From positions 268,150,001 to 268,214,000 of the forward strand of contig OZ024740.1 in NCBI GenBank assembly GCA_964016885.1: 64,000 nt of DNA, given 5' to 3'. Below the pieces are notes generated by a model that made no database searches, was not told where the DNA came from, and saw only the letters and a program-made list of their open reading frames with translations. A program made the translations under genes and the position numbers. Origin of the DNA: Eledone cirrhosa. Lineage: Eukaryota. Positions 59,350 to 64,000 of this stretch are shown here, piece by piece (within the stretch, counting starts at the first letter, position 1; every line of letters starts with the position of its first letter).

Positions 59350-61200
59350 GGGTCATGTGAAACACGAATGTAGCAGAGCGAAGTGAGTGGTGTAAATGAA
59401 TGTTTCCGTTCCACCTGCTTGCAACCGTCTTGCCAGCAGCTTATTGCCACTGGTTAACCCTGTGGTAAATCGAAAAGCAGTTTAAGTATAAGTCTTCACT
59501 GTTAGTATACAACCTTTCGCTAATCAAGCCTCATGCTAGGCCGCTCTGTTGTCACAACCGATAATTGGTTGTCTTGCTGGGATCTCTGTGCATCAGTAGA
59601 CTCCAGTGGTTCAATGTATAGACCTACTCTAGAAGATATGCCTTGTTACTTATCATCTACTTTCAACTTTGAGGCGGTCTCTAACAACCTACTGCACCTG
59701 CGATGAAGTACCAGTTGTCTTGTATCTATCTTGTCATTACAGTGAAGGTAGTAGTACTAGTGAATCCAATGACATTCAGTGCTGCATTATGCAAGGATGT
59801 CTTCAAGCAATGTGGATACTAGATTCCTAGAATCTGGTGGCGATGTTGAGCCTGTCAAAAAGTGTATGTCTGAATGTACAGAACAAACCACTCAGACATG
59901 TGAGGTAGAATATATGGGCAGTTCTTGATGCTATTTATAGAAAGAGACAACCTTTGAATAGAACAATTCTCATGGCCAATAATCCGAGGTGTTACAATGT
60001 AAAATAACTAACGGCAATGTCATCAGGTTTCATATGTCTGTGAGTGGAGTACCACTTCACAATTACCAACACCATTTTTCACAGTAAAAGAGCTAGCAAA
60101 AGACTTCATGGATACATTGTATTTCCTTGTCTACACCAATGCCACCCATAAAATCCCGGGAGCTGAGTGTGGACAGATCATCAGAAAAGTGAGATAGTGA
60201 ATATATCTTATGTCGCTTTAAAAGGCTCAATAGTTAAGATAGAAACTGAATCCACAGCTTAGTGCCGACGTAATACATCAATGTGTCTGTCGTTCTCACG
60301 TCCTACCTTATCAAACATAGAGTCACGCTGGTTCTGTCTGGGTGTTATGTTGAGTGCACAATTTCATATGCAATAGTCAGTCAGCAGAATTCTGTAAATA
60401 AATATGCTGATAGTTCCGTTCATTGATCGGAATTCCTATTCATAAAGAAATACACCTTCCATTCATCAGATCACTATCAGATCTCGTCTCTTTGCAAGAT
60501 TTGCAATCTGAAAAACTTATATGCCTGAAAATGCATAACCGAAAAAGAGTTGAACATGAATGAATTCATATCCAATTATTTCAAATGTCCTTGAATTTAA
60601 GTAATTTTTTCAGCAGCATCTCTTACTCCTCTCTATAGTCCTTAATGTGGTCTAGACAATTATCACTTTGTCAGTAATTCAGGCGTCGTATATAACTGTG
60701 GCCCAGTTAAACACTATTTCATCTGTGTATAATATATCGTTTGTTTTCTGTGTTAAATTTGAAGATCTGACAGTTTTGAAAGCGCATTGTTAACGAAAGC
60801 TTTCCTGCCTCTTGTTATAACAAAATGTTATTGTAACTGAAACAATGTAGCTGATTATCTTCTTTCCGTCTCTATGTAGTCTACAGTCATTTCAAATTTA
60901 TCTTTTAATGATGCTCATTAAATATGTCATATTAAGCAGAATGAAGCTGGAACTAGGTTTTAACAAACAATATTCAGACATAACTTTCCTGTAGCTGTTA
61001 GTGAGATTTTAGAATCAATTCCTGAAGGTGTATCTTCCTAATTTAAACTTTTACGATACAGTGTATGTGGGAATGTATTTCAAAGAGAACAAGTCTAAAG
61101 TTCGAATTTTATATCAGATTTCCCATCCCAAATAACCTCATGAGACTTCCACCTGTGATAGCTGAAGCCTATCGGCCGAGACAACGACGTAAACCTACAT
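59350..61200 (-). pseudogene. Highly decayed non-LTR retrotransposon RT remnant; boundaries uncertain
   Basis: Minus strand shows GV-RQG-like (~60140) followed by Y..DDIAV-like (~60030) motifs in the expected order. Confidence 0.4.
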
Positions 61201-61312
61201 TGTTGCTTTAGCTGTTAAAAAAAAAAAACCACGTCAGGCCAATCAATTTATACTGTATTGCCTTTTAATACGGAAGGACATACTAAATAACGTAGTCTCA
61301 GATATTATACAT

Positions 61313-61535
61313 CTAAATGGTTTCTTATATAGGCACAAGGCCAGCAATTTTGAGGGAGGGGAAAGTCAATTAAATCGACCCTAGTGCGTGACTGGTACTT
61401 TATTTTATTGACCCCGTAAGGATGAAAGGCAAAGTTAACCTCGGCGGGATTTGAACTCAGATCATAAATGGCCGTAGCTCTATGCTGCAAAGCATGGTGC
61501 CCGACTCTCTACCGATATTGCCAATCCACCGCCCT
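61313..61535 (-). mobile_element. OK-type tRNA SINE
   Basis: Consensus match; flanked by ttatacatctaaat direct repeat (TSD). Confidence 0.85.
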
Positions 61536-61899
61536 TATTATACATCTAAATAAAAGACTGGAATCGATAATCGTTGGTGAGCTTGATCAACAACAACAAT
61601 AGCAACAACAACAACAACAACAACCGATTGTTTGTGATTCGTTTTCAAATCTGTCAAATTTCCACGGTCAGAAAAAACTCCCATTTCCCTTTTGTTGTCC
61701 TTCGTGCTCTCAAATGGTTGTTTGACGTCTCAAAAAGATATTTTCCGAAGCTGAAACTTCTGGTTCTATCTGCAATGGCAGAGGATCTCAAATTCATGTT
61801 TATAGAAGAAGGAAAGTTTCTAAACCAGAAATGAATTCTACAAAGCAGATCTATATTGTAACCTCACAACACTTGAGATAATATGGTGTTTATGAACCT

Positions 61900-62230
61900 C
61901 CGTCGGTTTCGGCGATGAGCCATCCAGTTGTTTCAATCAAACCGGAAAAGCCTGTTCGTGAAATTAATGTGTAGGTGATTGAACATTCCACAGACACGTG
62001 AGACACTTAACATAATTCTCAGGGTGATTCAACATGACGCTATGTGTGCCAGAGCTGGTTACTTGAAATACATGTACAATTCATGTATGAGAATTGAGTG
62101 GAATGCAGTGGAGCAACAGGAAATAAAGTATTTTGCTCAAAGTCACAACACGCAGCTCAGTCCTGCTATCGAACGCCCGACCTTAGACTACTGAGCTGAA
62201 CAATCTAACCACTAAGCCACACACATCCAC
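61900..62230 (-). mobile_element. tRNA/CORE-like SINE
   Basis: Head ctaaccactaagccac, aaataaagtattttgctcaaagtcacaac; body differs from the 4623 copy. Confidence 0.7.
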
Positions 62231-62424
62231 AAGAAGTAGTAGATAATGCAAGAAAACCAACCAGACAATATCAAAGTGAATATTCTTAATTTAAATTTAC
62301 AGAATTCTGTTTTGATTTTTTTCAAGTATTTAATTCAACTCGCTTTCTCTTCTCATGATATACATTGTTTACTTAGGCACTTTTATTAATACTATTACTT
62401 TCCTTATTAATGGTTTAAGAGTAC

Positions 62425-62645
62425 GGTGGATTGGCAGTATCGGTAGAGGGTTGGACGCTATGCTTTGCAGCATAGAGTTACGGTCCTTTATGATCTGAGG
62501 TCAAATCCCACCGAGGTTAACTTTGGCTTTCATCCTTAGGTTGGTCGATAAAATAAAGTACTAGTTACGCACTAGGGTCGATTTAATTGACTTTCCCCTC
62601 CCAAGAAAATTGCTGGCCTTGTGCCTATATAAGAAACCATTATTT
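62425..62645 (+). mobile_element. OK-type tRNA SINE
   Basis: Near reverse complement of 61313-61535. Confidence 0.85.
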
Positions 62646-63668
62646 TATTAGGCACTTTTGTCAATGTGATGTTTCTCTATATTCTTAGTTCATTTCTCTT
62701 CACCCTCTCCTTAAAAGAAAAGGACAGGTACACAAATATTTTGGCGATCATTTAGTAGAAAGTGAGTTAAAAGAATGTTAATAATATCTTTAATAACGTC
62801 CGAAAAAATAATATACTAATTGATAGTGTCTTACTTTATGATCCGTTGTGATGCTTGACATCTCAAGGGGAAATAGTTAAGTCTACGGAATTGGAACATA
62901 CGAATTGATGACTCAAGCACCCGTGACTCCCATTTGTTGTTTCACAATAACACCATTTCTCACGAGGGAAACTATTTGGTTAAGAGCGATAGTGAGATTA
63001 TTTCACAAAGCGAGAGCTGGCATTTGGTTATTTAGCGCCCTAGACTAAACCTACTATGTGCGTCCCCTACTTCCAATTTTGCGCCCTATTCCCTCAAATA
63101 GATAATTTCAACTTACAGTTTGGCAGACTGACACAGATACTTCTTGCTCTAAATATGCCCTCAAAATTATTGAGCTTGCTCCTGGCCACAGTCACCTACG
63201 CTATATCATGTTACAGGTTATAAACAACTATACGAGGTTTTCCGCCATATTGAATATTTCCACAATTCTGCTAAACGATAAAGATGTTAAAATGATTATT
63301 TATTGATCGTATGAATTTATTATATATTTAAGTTAATGATACATAAGTGTATCAAATTGCGATCCTTTAAAATTCTCTAATGCGCCTCTCTGAGGTCTGT
63401 AACTGAGGCGGAAGCCTAGCTACCCAAATGTTAGCGCTGGTCCTGCATAGAGCACGGTTGTGTCTTACACGTCATTCAAAGAGAATTATCAAACCACTTA
63501 AAAACCTAATTTGTAAGTTTGTTATCATAGCGAATTGTATAAATATAATATCAAATTTCATGTAGCTATACTGTACTTATTAATTTTTGCCGATTTTACA
63601 ATCTCATAAGTTCATTTTTATTTTCCTTAAAGGAAGATGAATGTTGTGGTTCTATCTTCCTTAGAATA

Positions 63669-63930
63669 TCTTCTTCTTCTTCTTCTTCTTCTTCTTCTTC
63701 TTCTTCTTCTTCTTCTTCTTCTTCTTCTGTTTTTTGGGACAGACTCGTCTAACACGCCTTCTAGACACAACCGTCTCCAGTTGATCCGGCTGGATCGCCA
63801 AGCGAGAACAGCCAAGACCATGGATATTATCTGTCCATCTTTCTAAGGGTCTATTTTTGTGTCTCCTGCCAGGTTGGTTTTTCTAACCACATGCTCCTAA
63901 TGTTGGAGCTCTGCTATCTGTTAGGCGAAT
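63669..63930 (-). mobile_element. RTE 3' end with (GAA)n tail
   Basis: tctccagttgatccggctggatc family adjacent to (TTC)n. Confidence 0.7.
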
Positions 63931-64000
63931 ACTCTCCCATATTTAAACTGTATATTGCACTGTAACTAAATTAAATAAAGCCTGAGTATACGTTTCCTAT

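Overview
Gene-free, AT-rich, microsatellite-saturated eukaryotic DNA, most likely from an octopod cephalopod. That is an inference from SINE consensus sequences recalled from memory and from the repeat landscape. I can support no host gene; nearly all ORF-track entries are microsatellite artefacts. Contents: (1) a ~12.4-kb satellite array of 49-50-bp monomers (18833-31254) with higher-order structure, interrupted by a CR1-group LINE fragment and apparently derived from a SINE-type interspersed repeat; (2) decayed Penelope-like elements (PLEs), a Tx1-like LINE lacking its RT, RTE fragments, bipartite non-autonomous RTE derivatives, tRNA-SINEs, Tc1/mariner MITEs and a clean non-autonomous Helitron. 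The most striking signal is a dense population of about 17 minimal hammerhead-ribozyme (HHR) motifs, about 6 with intact cores, belonging to several unrelated families. They sit in short PLE-3'-end-like inserts, often fold-back palindromes, embedded in (TA)n tracts. Each retroelement class associates with its own microsatellite: PLE with (TA)n, Tx1 with (GATA)n, RTE derivatives with (ATGT)n or (GAA)n. All motifs were read by eye, so coordinates are approximate to a few bp.
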